A DNA stretch of 64,000 nucleotides. It comes from Candidatus Latescibacterota bacterium. GTDB lineage: Bacteria; Latescibacterota; UBA2968; SICM01. The position numbers and the translations under genes were made by a program. A model generated the notes under the pieces. It was given only the letters and a program-made list of their open reading frames with translations. It had not been told where the DNA came from and ran no database searches. The DNA is taken from contig CBDCJO010000001.1 of the NCBI GenBank assembly GCA_965217865.1, positions 96,001 to 160,000 of the forward strand, in the 5' to 3' direction. Below, one piece after another: positions 29,781 through 39,761 of this stretch; positions within the stretch are counted from its first letter, which is position 1; each line of letters starts with the position of its first letter.

Positions 29781-30800
29781 ATGTCCCCCGTCATCTCCGT
29801 CATTCTTCCGGCCTACAACGCGGCGGCCACCTTAGAGGAGGCGGTTGAATCCCTCCGTGCGGGAACCTACGAAGATTTCGAGATCGTTCTGATTGACGAC
29901 GGTTCAGAGGACCAGACGTGGGAAGTCATTCGACACCTGGCCTCGATGGACCCCCGGATCCGTCCGATCAAGACTCATCACAGCGGCCTGATCCACGCCT
30001 TGAATCTCGGCCTTTCGGAAGCCCGGGGAGAATTCATCGCCCGGATGGACGCGAATGATCTCTCCCATCCCCAACGCCTTGCCCTCCAGTTTTTGCTTCT
30101 CAACCGACGCCCCGAGGTGGTCCTGGCCGGATGCATGGTAGAGAGCTTTCCATCCTCCGAAATCAGGGAAGGTTTCCGGATCTACACGGACTGGATCAAC
30201 AGCCTGATCGAACCCGACGAAATCGCCAGGGAGATCTTCATCGAAAGCCCCATCTGCCACCCTTCCGTGCTGATACGGAAAGGGGAACTAACGCGGATCG
30301 GGGGCTACCGCGACCCCGGTTGGGCGGAGGACTATGACCTGTGGCTCCGGCTCAATCTGGCGGGGAAGCGTTTTGCCAAAGTCCCGAAAGTCCTCTTCTC
30401 ATGGCGCGATCACCCGGATCGGCTCACTCGAACGGATTCCCGATATTCCGTCGAAAATTTTCTTCGGGCCAAGGCCCACTACCTGGCCGCCGGTCCCCTC
30501 CGCGAAACCAGGTCGGCGATTGTATGGGGTGCGGGCCAGACGGGTCGTCGCCTGTCCAAACACCTCATTCACGAAGGCGTGAGACTTCTGGGGTTCATCG
30601 ATATCGACCCTTCAAAGATCGGTCGAACGCTCAGGAACGCCGCCATCCAATCGCCGGATACACTGCCGGACCTCCGCCGGAAGCATAAAGGCGTGATGAT
30701 TCTCAGTGCCGTGTCATCACGCGGTGCCCGAAACCTGATCCGCGGACATCTCAAAGGTTTGGATCTGGTCGAAGGGGTCGATTTCCTGTGTGTGGCCTGA
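29781..30800 (+). CDS. Glycosyltransferase family 2 with C-terminal Rossmann-like segment (QTGAL/B3GNTL1-like)
   Basis: ISVILPAYN, DDGS.D, RMDAND, EDYDLWLR, then VWGAGQTGRRL..FIDIDPSKIG..EGVDFL. Confidence 0.85.
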   Translation: MSPVISVILPAYNAAATLEEAVESLRAGTYEDFEIVLIDDGSEDQTWEVIRHLASMDPRIRPIKTHHSGLIHALNLGLSEARGEFIARMDANDLSHPQRLALQFLLLNRRPEVVLAGCMVESFPSSEIREGFRIYTDWINSLIEPDEIAREIFIESPICHPSVLIRKGELTRIGGYRDPGWAEDYDLWLRLNLAGKRFAKVPKVLFSWRDHPDRLTRTDSRYSVENFLRAKAHYLAAGPLRETRSAIVWGAGQTGRRLSKHLIHEGVRLLGFIDIDPSKIGRTLRNAAIQSPDTLPDLRRKHKGVMILSAVSSRGARNLIRGHLKGLDLVEGVDFLCVA

Positions 30801-30870
30801 TTGATCCTTGACCTTTGGAACCCGGAACGAATCTTTTGCAATCACCCTGTCCTTTTCGTAATATTTACCC

Positions 30871-31533
30871 ATGCCGGATCAGGAAAAAAACAACTCCCTC
30901 GTCATCACGGAGATCTACAAAAGCATACAGGGTGAATCCACCTGGACCGGATGCCCTTGCGTCTTCGTTCGGCTCTCCGGATGCGATCTTCGCTGCGGCT
31001 GGTGCGATTCCGAATATACTTTTTCAGGTGGGGATCGCATCGCCATCGACAAGATCGTCGAGGAGGTCGAAAACCACGGATGTCCTCTGGTCGAGATCAC
31101 CGGCGGTGAACCCCTCCTTCAGCCCGGCGTACATCCTCTCATCTCTACGCTGATCGATCGCGGTCATCGGGTCATCGTTGAGACCGGCGGTCACCTCGAT
31201 GTTTCCGTGATCGACCCCCGCGCCATCCGCGTGATCGACGTGAAATGTCCCGGAAGCGGCGAGTCCCAAAAGGTCCGCTGGAAGAATTTGGATGCCTTGC
31301 GGGAAACCGACCAGATTAAATTTGTCCTGGCCGATCGAGGGGATTACGATTGGGCGAAGGACATAATCAGGAGGCACAGCCTGAACGAACGCGTCGCTGT
31401 CCTCCTCTCCGTTGCCCACGGTATCCTTCCCCCCGCGGACCTTGCCGCCTGGATCCTTGAGGATCGTCTCAACGTCCGGCTGCAGATCCAGCTTCACAAA
31501 TACATTTGGAGTTCTGTCGAAACCGGGATATGA
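30871..31533 (+). CDS. queE: 7-carboxy-7-deazaguanine synthase QueE (radical SAM)
   Basis: EIYKSIQGEST..G.PCVFVRL.GCDLRCGWCDS.Y, EITGGEPLLQ, ETGG, DVKCPGSG, QLHKYIW. Confidence 0.9.
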   Translation: MPDQEKNNSLVITEIYKSIQGESTWTGCPCVFVRLSGCDLRCGWCDSEYTFSGGDRIAIDKIVEEVENHGCPLVEITGGEPLLQPGVHPLISTLIDRGHRVIVETGGHLDVSVIDPRAIRVIDVKCPGSGESQKVRWKNLDALRETDQIKFVLADRGDYDWAKDIIRRHSLNERVAVLLSVAHGILPPADLAAWILEDRLNVRLQIQLHKYIWSSVETGI

Positions 31534-31617
31534 TCAGGGAAAGGATCGCCTCCTCAAAACGGATCCATCCCCGCCGGCATATGGGGATTCTTCCTGTATT
31601 CAAGCGGCCTTTCTCTG

Positions 31618-31646
31618 TTGACAACCTTTTCGCAATCGTTTATGTT
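31618..31646 (+). promoter_or_regulatory. Sigma70-type promoter
   Basis: TTGACA-N17-TATGTT ahead of a small ORF with a GGAGG SD. Confidence 0.55.
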
Positions 31647-31692
31647 TTAAAGAAATAGAGTGGTTCATTTTCACCTTTCATGGAGGAAGATC

Positions 31693-31896
31693 ATGGCCAA
31701 GACGCCTACGGAGTGGCAGACTCCGAACGAAATTCGAAAGACCCTTGGAGAAAAAAATGCAAATCACTATATAGAAGACCTTGTACAGGACGAAAAGAAC
31801 CGGTCTGAGATCCTAGAAAAGATTATGGGCCTGGCCAATTGCAATAAGTATTCCGCGGACGACTTCCTTCGAAACCTGTTGAACAACCCCACCTGA
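31693..31896 (+). CDS. Small hypothetical protein (67 aa)
   Basis: GGAGG SD, own promoter, helical-looking charged sequence. Confidence 0.6.
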   Translation: MAKTPTEWQTPNEIRKTLGEKNANHYIEDLVQDEKNRSEILEKIMGLANCNKYSADDFLRNLLNNPT

Positions 31897-32235
31897 TGGG
31901 GTAATTTTTTCCTCCGGACTGGAATTTAAGGCGCATTAAGCCGATATAACAAACAAAAGCCCTATTCTCATCTTGCGCAAACAGTTTCGGAAATTGAAGC
32001 CGATTCTACGATAGAAGACCCACCATATGGTATCAATGGTGAGATCGTCTTCTACGAATTGGGGGTTCCCCCTAATTATGATACAATGCAGGAAGGCCAC
32101 CTGCGTCGAGACCTTTGACATCGGTGGCCTGTCTTTTGCAATGGACAGTCCTCCAGTCCCACCCATCTCGGCACGCTGGCTGGAATGGAGGAGGTCGGTG
32201 GCGCCTTTTTCCGATAATCCCCAAACGCAACCTCT

Positions 32236-33372
32236 ATGAAATATCTGATATACATCGCCATGATCCTGGTCTGTCCGGTCCATCTGGTCGCGGAGCTTCC
32301 AGAAATTCCGGTCTCCAAGGCGGGGAAGAAAACTATCCAGATCAAAGCCGGCAGGAATCAAGGGGTCAAAAAGGGGATGAAGCTTGACGTCTTCCGGCAG
32401 GAAGAGAGGGTCCTTCATCCGATAACGGGTGAGGTGTTGGGCAGTCCCAAAGTGAAAATCGCCGAAGTCAAGATCGCGAAGGTGTTCTGGAACTCTTCCC
32501 AAGGCAAGATTACCTTGAGCTACGCCCCGATATTAGCCGGAGATGTCGTCCGTGAGTCCGGGTCGGTGCCAATGGAGCCAGTGGACGCACCTGCTTCGAT
32601 GGGTTCCTCCAAGGCCATGCCCCGGGGATCCGATTATATAAACGAAATCGCCGAGCGCCTAACAAGCGAGATTGCAGGCGTCAAAAAGAAAATCAAGTCC
32701 TTAACCAAAACCCTGAGACGCATCGGAAAGATCGAGAGGGGTATTGCCCGAATGCGTGGTGAAATCGGGGCGATGCAATCGAATATCTCCAACCTCAAAC
32801 AGGAAGTTGAAATCCTTAAGGAAACCTCCGGGTCGAAGGAGGCCGTAACGATCAACAGGGATAACCTCGAAGAGTTCATGATCAAGTTCGACGATCTCAA
32901 CATTCCGGTCAAGTCGGGGCCCGAGCCCTTTCTGCTTCCCTTTGAGTCATTTGCACAGATTCTTCTCCCGTATGTCCGAAAAGGGCAACACGCTTCCGTC
33001 GACTCCCTCGTGAGCGCCAAATTCGCTGAGATGAGCACCTCGAAAACACTCACGATGGGTATGAAATCCGAAGAGGGTCATGTCTCCTCTGAGGCCAATG
33101 GTCACGGGAAAGACCCGATGGATGAACTCCAGGGGCTCATTAACGGTGAAGCGCCCAAATCGACCTGGAAGGATTATCTGTTCAGCTACTGGTGGGTTCT
33201 TGCAGGAGGCGGGGTTTTCCTCTTCCTCCTGATTATCGTCATGAAGATCATGCGGAAGAAAGCCCCGGCCGAAGATGAGGAAGGTTTCCTGGCCCTCGAC
33301 CAGGAGGAAGATATCCCCATGCCCGAACCCGTTCCGGAAGTCGCAACGACCGAAGGAGAGGAACAAAGTTGA
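32236..33372 (+). CDS. Exported FlgT-C-like domain + coiled coil + C-terminal TM anchor protein
   Basis: Signal peptide; G...GVKKGM.LDVFR....HPITGEVLG.....IA...I..V; heptad region; YWWVLAGGG TM; acidic tail. Confidence 0.65.
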   Translation: MKYLIYIAMILVCPVHLVAELPEIPVSKAGKKTIQIKAGRNQGVKKGMKLDVFRQEERVLHPITGEVLGSPKVKIAEVKIAKVFWNSSQGKITLSYAPILAGDVVRESGSVPMEPVDAPASMGSSKAMPRGSDYINEIAERLTSEIAGVKKKIKSLTKTLRRIGKIERGIARMRGEIGAMQSNISNLKQEVEILKETSGSKEAVTINRDNLEEFMIKFDDLNIPVKSGPEPFLLPFESFAQILLPYVRKGQHASVDSLVSAKFAEMSTSKTLTMGMKSEEGHVSSEANGHGKDPMDELQGLINGEAPKSTWKDYLFSYWWVLAGGGVFLFLLIIVMKIMRKKAPAEDEEGFLALDQEEDIPMPEPVPEVATTEGEEQS

Positions 33373-34606
33373 TACCTAAAAAACAACGATTTTTCGAAAA
33401 CCCGATATTGAAGCCCCTATCCATCATACTGATGTCATTCGTCCTCCTGCCCGGTCTTGCCGGGGGAGATCAACACGAGTCGATGACCTCGAAAATGGAG
33501 GCCAGCAAATCCCCGAAGGGCTATGTCCTGCACGTCAAGGGAAAGCTCGTCTACCTCGATCTTGGAATGCGGGATGGCGTTCGGGTAGGCGATTCCTTTG
33601 AGATCATCCGGATGGAGGAGCTGGTCCACCCGGTCACCGGGGAACACCACGGAGGTAAGGCCACGATCGGAACGGTAAGAGTCACCCAGGTATTCGAAAA
33701 GCTGTCCATTGCGGAGGTTCTCTCCACCCTCCCGGGAAGGCGGAAATGGCCAAGATGGATCGCATCCGGATGGGAAACGAGCCGATGAGCCCATCTTCCT
33801 CGGAAGGGGACATGAGCCAGATGGAGATGGACGGGGAGCACGAAGGCGATCTGATCCACACCCCCGATGGCGTGTTGAGAGGCCTGGACCTCGGTCTTGG
33901 CGGCGGTTTCGTTACAAAGGAGAAGACGAGGCTGTTCGGCCTGGACCTCCTGATCCCGATGTCCCAGCGATATGCTGTGGGGGGTGAGTTCGGTTTGAGC
34001 AAGGAGACCCACGCGGTCCCGGGCGGAGAGCTATCGGATTCCGATCAGGAGATCGGAGGAAAGATCCGGACCTACTTCGGCTGGCGCGAGAAAGAGGGAA
34101 TGAATGCCGACGGAAACGCGGGCTCCGTTGTCGTGGACTTGACCGGTGGAATCAGTCGCCTGAAAATGACGGATGAAACTTTCGCGGTGGTGGACACAAA
34201 CCAAACCCCTCCGGACACGACTGCGGCCGTCATCCTTACGGAAAAAAAGAGCAACAATTTTCTCAATTTCGGATTCCTCTTCCCCTGGTCCGAGAAGATG
34301 ACCTTTGGCCTGGGCTACGACTGGTCAAAAAATACAGGACGGATCACCGGCTTACTTCGATACTATACCAGCACCATAGATTCCGATTGGGTCGGGGCGA
34401 ACCCGGACGGGAAGATCGGCTCGCTGGTCCTGACCCTCTTCGGGAGTCGCGACTCTAAGGCCGCAAGCTCCAAAGCCAGGATGGGCATCGACATCAAGCT
34501 CCCCCTCTCTCAGATGATCACATTCGGCTTGACCCTCGACACCAACCGGACCGCCCATCAGGTTCGCGGAGGCCTGAACCTTCACGTCGAGAAAAAACTG
34601 TTTTGA
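33369..34606 (+). pseudogene. FlgT-C-like domain + putative beta-barrel protein split by a 1-nt frameshift
   Basis: VYLDLG..DGVRVGD.F.I...EL.HPVTGE in one frame; one extra C near 33730 gives LSTLPGKAEMAKMDR continuing into the beta-strand-rich ORF 33746-34606, which ends in F. Confidence 0.6.
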
Positions 34607-34684
34607 TCCCTAAATGGAGGTCTGCTTCGTTGAATTCATAACGGCAGAATGATTCGGTAACAAACAGAGTTGTTAGACGCTTAT

Positions 34685-34722
34685 AAGCCGAATTCCGAGC
34701 TTGCTTCGGATATCGGCTTTTT
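34685..34722 (+). terminator. Probable intrinsic terminator
   Basis: AAGCCGA.TTCCGAG...TCGGA.TCGGCTTTTT hairpin plus T run. Confidence 0.6.
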
Positions 34723-34750
34723 GTATTTTGATAGCTGGAGGTGATAAACC

Positions 34751-35347
34751 CTGACAACTTTCAAAACGCAGGCTACGGTGACATCGGGAGGGCGGATGAC
34801 CTTGAAGGCCCCGTCCGGCATTCCCGCCGGAGAGGTCGAGGTGGTCGTTACCCTCCGGGATTCCGACTCGGACACCCGCGCTGTCGAAACGTTGGATCGG
34901 GATAAGGTCGTCCTTTTGGAAACAAATATCGACGACATGAACCCGGAGATATACGGTTATCTGATCGAACGTCTGTTGTCTTCAGGCGCGAAAGATGCCT
35001 ACCTCACCCCCATCATCATGAAAAAGGGCCGACCCGCAATAAAAATCAGCGTCCTCGCTGACGAAGCCGAGGTCGATCGCGTAGCCCATATCCTGATGCA
35101 GGAGACGACGACTCTGGGTATCCGCACGTTCCGGGGGGACCGCTACAAACTCCCCCGAACAACGACGTCTGTGAATACCTCCTTCGGGCCGTTGAGAATG
35201 AAAACTACAGAGCGCAATGGACACCGACATTCCACACCCGAATTCGACGACTGTGAACGAATCGCAGTGGAGAAGGGGGTCCCGATTCTCGAGGTTTACG
35301 CCGAAGCCCGGAGGGCGTGGGAAGAACTGGAGGGGAATCGGTCTTGA
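34751..35347 (+). CDS. LarC C-terminal domain protein (nickel-pincer cofactor biosynthesis) with short unrelated N-terminal domain
   Basis: LLETNIDDMNPE, GAKDAYLTPIIMKKGRP, ETTTLGIR, PEFDDC..IA...GVP; in-frame CTG at 34751 behind GGAGGTGA. Confidence 0.75.
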   Translation: MTTFKTQATVTSGGRMTLKAPSGIPAGEVEVVVTLRDSDSDTRAVETLDRDKVVLLETNIDDMNPEIYGYLIERLLSSGAKDAYLTPIIMKKGRPAIKISVLADEAEVDRVAHILMQETTTLGIRTFRGDRYKLPRTTTSVNTSFGPLRMKTTERNGHRHSTPEFDDCERIAVEKGVPILEVYAEARRAWEELEGNRS

Positions 35348-35364
35348 CGCTTAGGGAGGTTCTC

Positions 35365-36147
35365 GTGAACGGATCACGGATTCGAGTCATACTCGCCCTG
35401 TTCCTGGTTGGAGCCGTTCTCCCCGCTTGGGGCACTGAACCGAAATGGTCAAAATGGGAGGGGGACGTGGATTTCGGTGGCTGGATCGACGAGTTTAACT
35501 CGATGAAGATCCTCCCATCGAATGACCCCAAGAAGAAACGCATCGTATATGGCGACCTTCGGGGGCGCATCCACATCCTTGAATTCCAGAAGAACGGCTT
35601 TCAGAAGGAGTGGAGCAGCGAAGAGCTGAAGTCCTCGGTGATGGAGGTATTTATCGAGGACATGGACGGAGACGGGCGGCAGGAAATCGTGGCCTACACG
35701 GAGCGGGGAAAGATTATCTTCTACGACCCGGACGACTATCAGCTCCTCTGGCAGAATCAGGAAACCGACTTCGAGTCGATCACCTGTATGAAAATCGACA
35801 ACATCGATGGCGATCCGAACGTGGAGCTGATTTTCATCGCAGACGACCGGCTCTACATATACGATGGCAAGGGGAGATTCCAGAAATGGGCGAGCCAGCA
35901 GGAGTATCCCGCCACCGACATGGTCATCGGCGACGTGGATGGGGACGGGGTGAAAGACATCGTCCTCAATACCGGGTATGTGATCGACGCCTGGTTCAAG
36001 AGAGTGATCTGGCAGTCCCCCGAGGCCTTTGGGGAACGGATGGGGCTTCTGGACGTCGACAACGACGGGGTTCCGGAAATCATCTCCCAGTTCGAAGGGA
36101 GGTTTTTAAAGATCTTCTCCGTGGTCGAACGTCGGGAGAAAATGTAG
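35365..36147 (+). CDS. Secreted FG-GAP/VCBS-repeat protein
   Basis: Signal peptide; DMDGDGRQEIV, NIDGDPNVELI, DVDGDGVKDIV, DVDNDGVPEII. Confidence 0.8.
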   Translation: MNGSRIRVILALFLVGAVLPAWGTEPKWSKWEGDVDFGGWIDEFNSMKILPSNDPKKKRIVYGDLRGRIHILEFQKNGFQKEWSSEELKSSVMEVFIEDMDGDGRQEIVAYTERGKIIFYDPDDYQLLWQNQETDFESITCMKIDNIDGDPNVELIFIADDRLYIYDGKGRFQKWASQQEYPATDMVIGDVDGDGVKDIVLNTGYVIDAWFKRVIWQSPEAFGERMGLLDVDNDGVPEIISQFEGRFLKIFSVVERREKM

Positions 36148-36254
36148 GACGGTATTCGATAAGTACAGCCACCTCCCTCCCCCTCCGATCACCCTTTCAT
36201 CCGATTCCATTCCCCCTCTGGATTTCCTTGACAACCCAAAGGGTCCCTTTTACT

Positions 36255-36376
36255 AAGATTGAATATTGAAGTAAGACCCTACCACTCATCCCCACCGGAA
36301 TACAGAAGTCAGAAGAAGACCTGAATTCAACTCAGACGTCAAATCGTGAGACGTGAGATGCGTGTCGGAGGTCGGA
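36255..36376 (+). repeat. About 120-bp direct repeat, left copy
   Basis: AAGATTGAATATTGAAGTAAGACCCTACCACTCATCCCCACCGGAATACAGAA...GTCGGAGGTCGGA; near-identical copy at 42037-42165. Confidence 0.9.
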
Positions 36377-36751
36377 AAGGCAGGGGATCGTGGATCGTGA
36401 TTCGGAGAACCAATGACGGACATATAAAATCGGACAGGTGTCAGACCTAACCCCTGGCCCCTTCCCTAAAGAGAAGGGGAATATCGCCTATATTTTAGCT
36501 TAACTTCAAACATTGGATAACACAATGATTTGGCGTAGTAACGAACAGGCCTTCCGTTGGGGTTATTTAGAGTCTTACAGTATGACTTCTACGCAAGATG
36601 CGTACATCTTTTTGGTTGCGGCTGAGTGAAACGAAGCCCGCGATAGGAACTTCTAAACTTCCAATCAACCCAACGAAAGGCCACAGTGCTGAATACCGTA
36701 TAACTGCTTTGGCCCTCCATAATTTCCTACCGATCCACCTCGCTAATTCCC

Positions 36752-36780
36752 TTGACAACCCAAGTATCCCGCCGTAAATT
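36752..36780 (+). promoter_or_regulatory. Sigma70-type promoter for NHL gene copy 1
   Basis: TTGACA-N17-TAAATT; a homologous sequence precedes copy 2. Confidence 0.6.
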
Positions 36781-37012
36781 TAAATTGTACCTCATTTAAT
36801 GTTTCCTTTTTACATAAGGAGGGCATAGATGGATGCCCTAACATTTATCTGGGACAAACCGACAAGCCGCATATTATAGGTGCGGCTTTAAGTGTTTATA
36901 GGGGCATTCTACCCTCTCACCAATCCCGGTACTGGTTGATGCTTTCAAGAAAACGATTTCGATCTGACCGCATCGGCTCCGGTGCCAAAAAGATTTTCGG
37001 AGGAAAGTCGTT

Positions 37013-39310
37013 ATGTCACGTCTATGCATCGTTATTGTCTGGGTGCTCTGCCTTCAGCATCCGGGAGACCTGGCCGCCGTTGAGGCCACGGATAAAATCA
37101 CGACCTTTGCGGGCGCGGTAGCGGGTGGATATTCAGGGGACGGAGGTCCCGCAAACGAGGCCAAGTTAACGGAACCGCGTGGCATTTTCATTGATGAAAA
37201 GGGGGTCATCTACATCGCCGACACTAACAATCATGTCATCCGCCGCGTGGGCATCGACGGGGTTATCACGACCGTAGCGGGAACTGGAGATCCGGGTTAT
37301 TCAGGGGACGGGGGACCCGCGACAGAGGCCCTCATACGAGATCCGTGGGACGTGGCCGTGGACTCAAGGGGGAACATGTACATCGCCGGCAACTATAATC
37401 AGGTCGTCCGCCGCGTGGACCCGGACGGGATCATCACGACATATGTGGGTACAGGAAAATTGGGCGAGGGGTCGGTGGGTGGGGAAGGTGCTTTTAACGG
37501 GGAAGACGGGGAGGCCACGAAGGTCGATCTCTTCCGGCCGCGAGGGTTGGCTTTGGATAGATCGGGGAACCTCTTCATCTCCGACTCGCAGAATCACCGT
37601 ATCCGCAAAGTGGGCTTTTTCACGGAATTCCTCACGACTGTTGCAGGGGCGGGACCTGGCGGAATTGTGGGTGGAGCGGGAGGGGTAGGTGATTTTGCAG
37701 GGGACGGAGAGTCGGCGACGGGGGAAGATACCAGGCTGGGAAACCCGTCCGGCATAGCTGTTAGTGCAGGCGGTGATATCTACATTGCCGACGTGAGAAA
37801 TCACCGCATCCGCCTGGTGAGCGTCGGGAGCATAACGACCTTTGCGGGAGGGAGGGGTGATCGGGCTTTGATCAGGGATGACGTTAGGCCCATGGAGGCC
37901 GACTTGTTCCAACCGCACGGCGTAGCCGTGGATGCAGAAGGAAGCGTCTACATCGCCGACACACTCAACCATCGAATCCGCATAGTGACCCAGGGGAGAA
38001 TCAAGATAATTGCGGGTTCTTCGGAAGATAAAGATATAGACGGTAATCCCGAGGGGAAAAATACCGGGGACGGAGGTCCGGCGAACCAGGCCCGGTTGAA
38101 CAGACCCTTCGGCGTGGCCGTGGATGCGGACGGCATAAACGTCTATTTCGTCGACACGGTAAACCACCTCGTCCGCCGCGTGGGACCCGACGGGATCCTC
38201 TCCCTCATGGTAACATCCCTGGCGTTCGACACGACCGGGGTCGATGGGAGTTCTGAGCAGACCCTGGAGGTCCATAACACAGGGATCGGGCCCCTGACCC
38301 TCACCGGGTTTTCGTTCAGCGGTACGGGAAGAAGGGATTACCAGGGGCAGGAGACCCTGCCCACGATCGACGCCGGGGGCATCGAGACCGTCACCGTGAT
38401 TTTCACCCCCTCCAGAGAAGGGGCCCGGCCGGCCACCATGTTTGTGGAATCCGACGCCGGGCACAAAGGGATCGACGTGACAGGGTTCGCCGTGGAGGGC
38501 GGTCCGGAGATCAGCCTGTCGGTTACCACCCTGGCGTTGGAGACCATCAAGGTGGGTGAGAACGCCGTTCAGGGGACGATCACGATCACGAACCCGGGCG
38601 TCCAGGATCTCTCCATCACCGGGATCACCCTGGAGGGAACCGATGTTTCTGAATTCGACGTTTCCCCCACCTCGGCCACGATCGCACCCGGGGGTTCGGA
38701 GACCATAACGATTACATTCGATCCTGCCTCTATCGGGAATAAGTCGATCACCATGCTCGTGGATCACAACGCCGGGGATCAACTCACCGTCGACCTGACC
38801 GCGGTCGCAGAGGGCGGACCGGTCCTCAGTCTTGCGGCCGATGTCGTGTCGTTCGACGGCGTGGAGGCGGAGACAACCGACCAGGGAACCTTCACGATTA
38901 ACAACCCGGGCACCGAGGACCTCACCATCACGGGCATCACCGTGGAAGGGACGCACGCGTCTGAGTACGAGGTCTCGACGACTCAGGTCACGATCGCTTC
39001 GGGAGGGTCCGAGACGATAACCGTGATATTTTCTCCGACATCTCCGGGGACCAAGTCGGCCAGCCTCCTGATCGACCACAACGCGGGGGATCCCACGACC
39101 GTTCGCCTGTCCGGGGTGGTTTATGCCGCCGGGACATCTCCGGACTTCGACGGGTCGGGCAATGTGAATCTGGATGATTTCTTCCTGTTTGCAGTCGCAT
39201 TCGGCCAGGAGCCGACAGGTGACAACGTCCGTTTCGACCTGGACGGCAACAACAAGATCGATTTTGACGACTTCTTCCTCTTCGCAGGGGCGTTCGGCAA
39301 GGATGTGTAG
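37013..39310 (+). CDS. Secreted NHL-repeat beta-propeller + three Ig-like (ASPM-SPD-2-Hydin-type) domains + dockerin/EF-hand-like tail
   Basis: Repeated GDGGPA..A.L..P.G.AVD..G..YIAD..NH.IR; (T/H)N.G...L.IT domains; DFDGSGNVNLDDFFLFA..F x2. Confidence 0.88.
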   Translation: MSRLCIVIVWVLCLQHPGDLAAVEATDKITTFAGAVAGGYSGDGGPANEAKLTEPRGIFIDEKGVIYIADTNNHVIRRVGIDGVITTVAGTGDPGYSGDGGPATEALIRDPWDVAVDSRGNMYIAGNYNQVVRRVDPDGIITTYVGTGKLGEGSVGGEGAFNGEDGEATKVDLFRPRGLALDRSGNLFISDSQNHRIRKVGFFTEFLTTVAGAGPGGIVGGAGGVGDFAGDGESATGEDTRLGNPSGIAVSAGGDIYIADVRNHRIRLVSVGSITTFAGGRGDRALIRDDVRPMEADLFQPHGVAVDAEGSVYIADTLNHRIRIVTQGRIKIIAGSSEDKDIDGNPEGKNTGDGGPANQARLNRPFGVAVDADGINVYFVDTVNHLVRRVGPDGILSLMVTSLAFDTTGVDGSSEQTLEVHNTGIGPLTLTGFSFSGTGRRDYQGQETLPTIDAGGIETVTVIFTPSREGARPATMFVESDAGHKGIDVTGFAVEGGPEISLSVTTLALETIKVGENAVQGTITITNPGVQDLSITGITLEGTDVSEFDVSPTSATIAPGGSETITITFDPASIGNKSITMLVDHNAGDQLTVDLTAVAEGGPVLSLAADVVSFDGVEAETTDQGTFTINNPGTEDLTITGITVEGTHASEYEVSTTQVTIASGGSETITVIFSPTSPGTKSASLLIDHNAGDPTTVRLSGVVYAAGTSPDFDGSGNVNLDDFFLFAVAFGQEPTGDNVRFDLDGNNKIDFDDFFLFAGAFGKDV

Positions 39311-39761
39311 GGAAGCAGAGGTCGGAGGCCAGAGGTCAGGGGTCGGGGAAAAGCAGAAGCAGGTGGCAGGGGCCAGGGGTCAGATCCACGTGATTCGTCG
39401 TTCGTGATTCGTGATTCGGATCATTTGCTTTTCCGATTCCCGAATCACGAACCACGATCCACGGCCTTTCCGATCCCCGAGTCACGATCGACGATCCACG
39501 GGTTTTTTGGCACATACCGCAGTAATCTGCACCATAACAAAAGACTCCCGAATGGGAGCCTTTGTTTGTCCTAAGTTATCCTAAGTTTCAAAACCGAGTC
39601 AACAACCAACCCCTACGCTGAATCTCCTTGGCACACCCCCCCCTCCGTAAATTTACATTGCCATTCATTATAAGGTTCCTTTATACAGAAGGAAGGCATC
39701 GATGGATGCCCAATCGTAAATCGAGGACAACCTACCGCCGCATATTCGGAGGAGATTCGTT

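Noticed and set aside
34646-34678. Integron attC site (CATAAC...GTTAGAC)
   Set aside because: Too short, no internal palindrome, and no integron integrase or cassette array
36567-36758. 63-aa minus-strand ORF
   Set aside because: No motif or SD; its start overlaps the opposite-strand promoter
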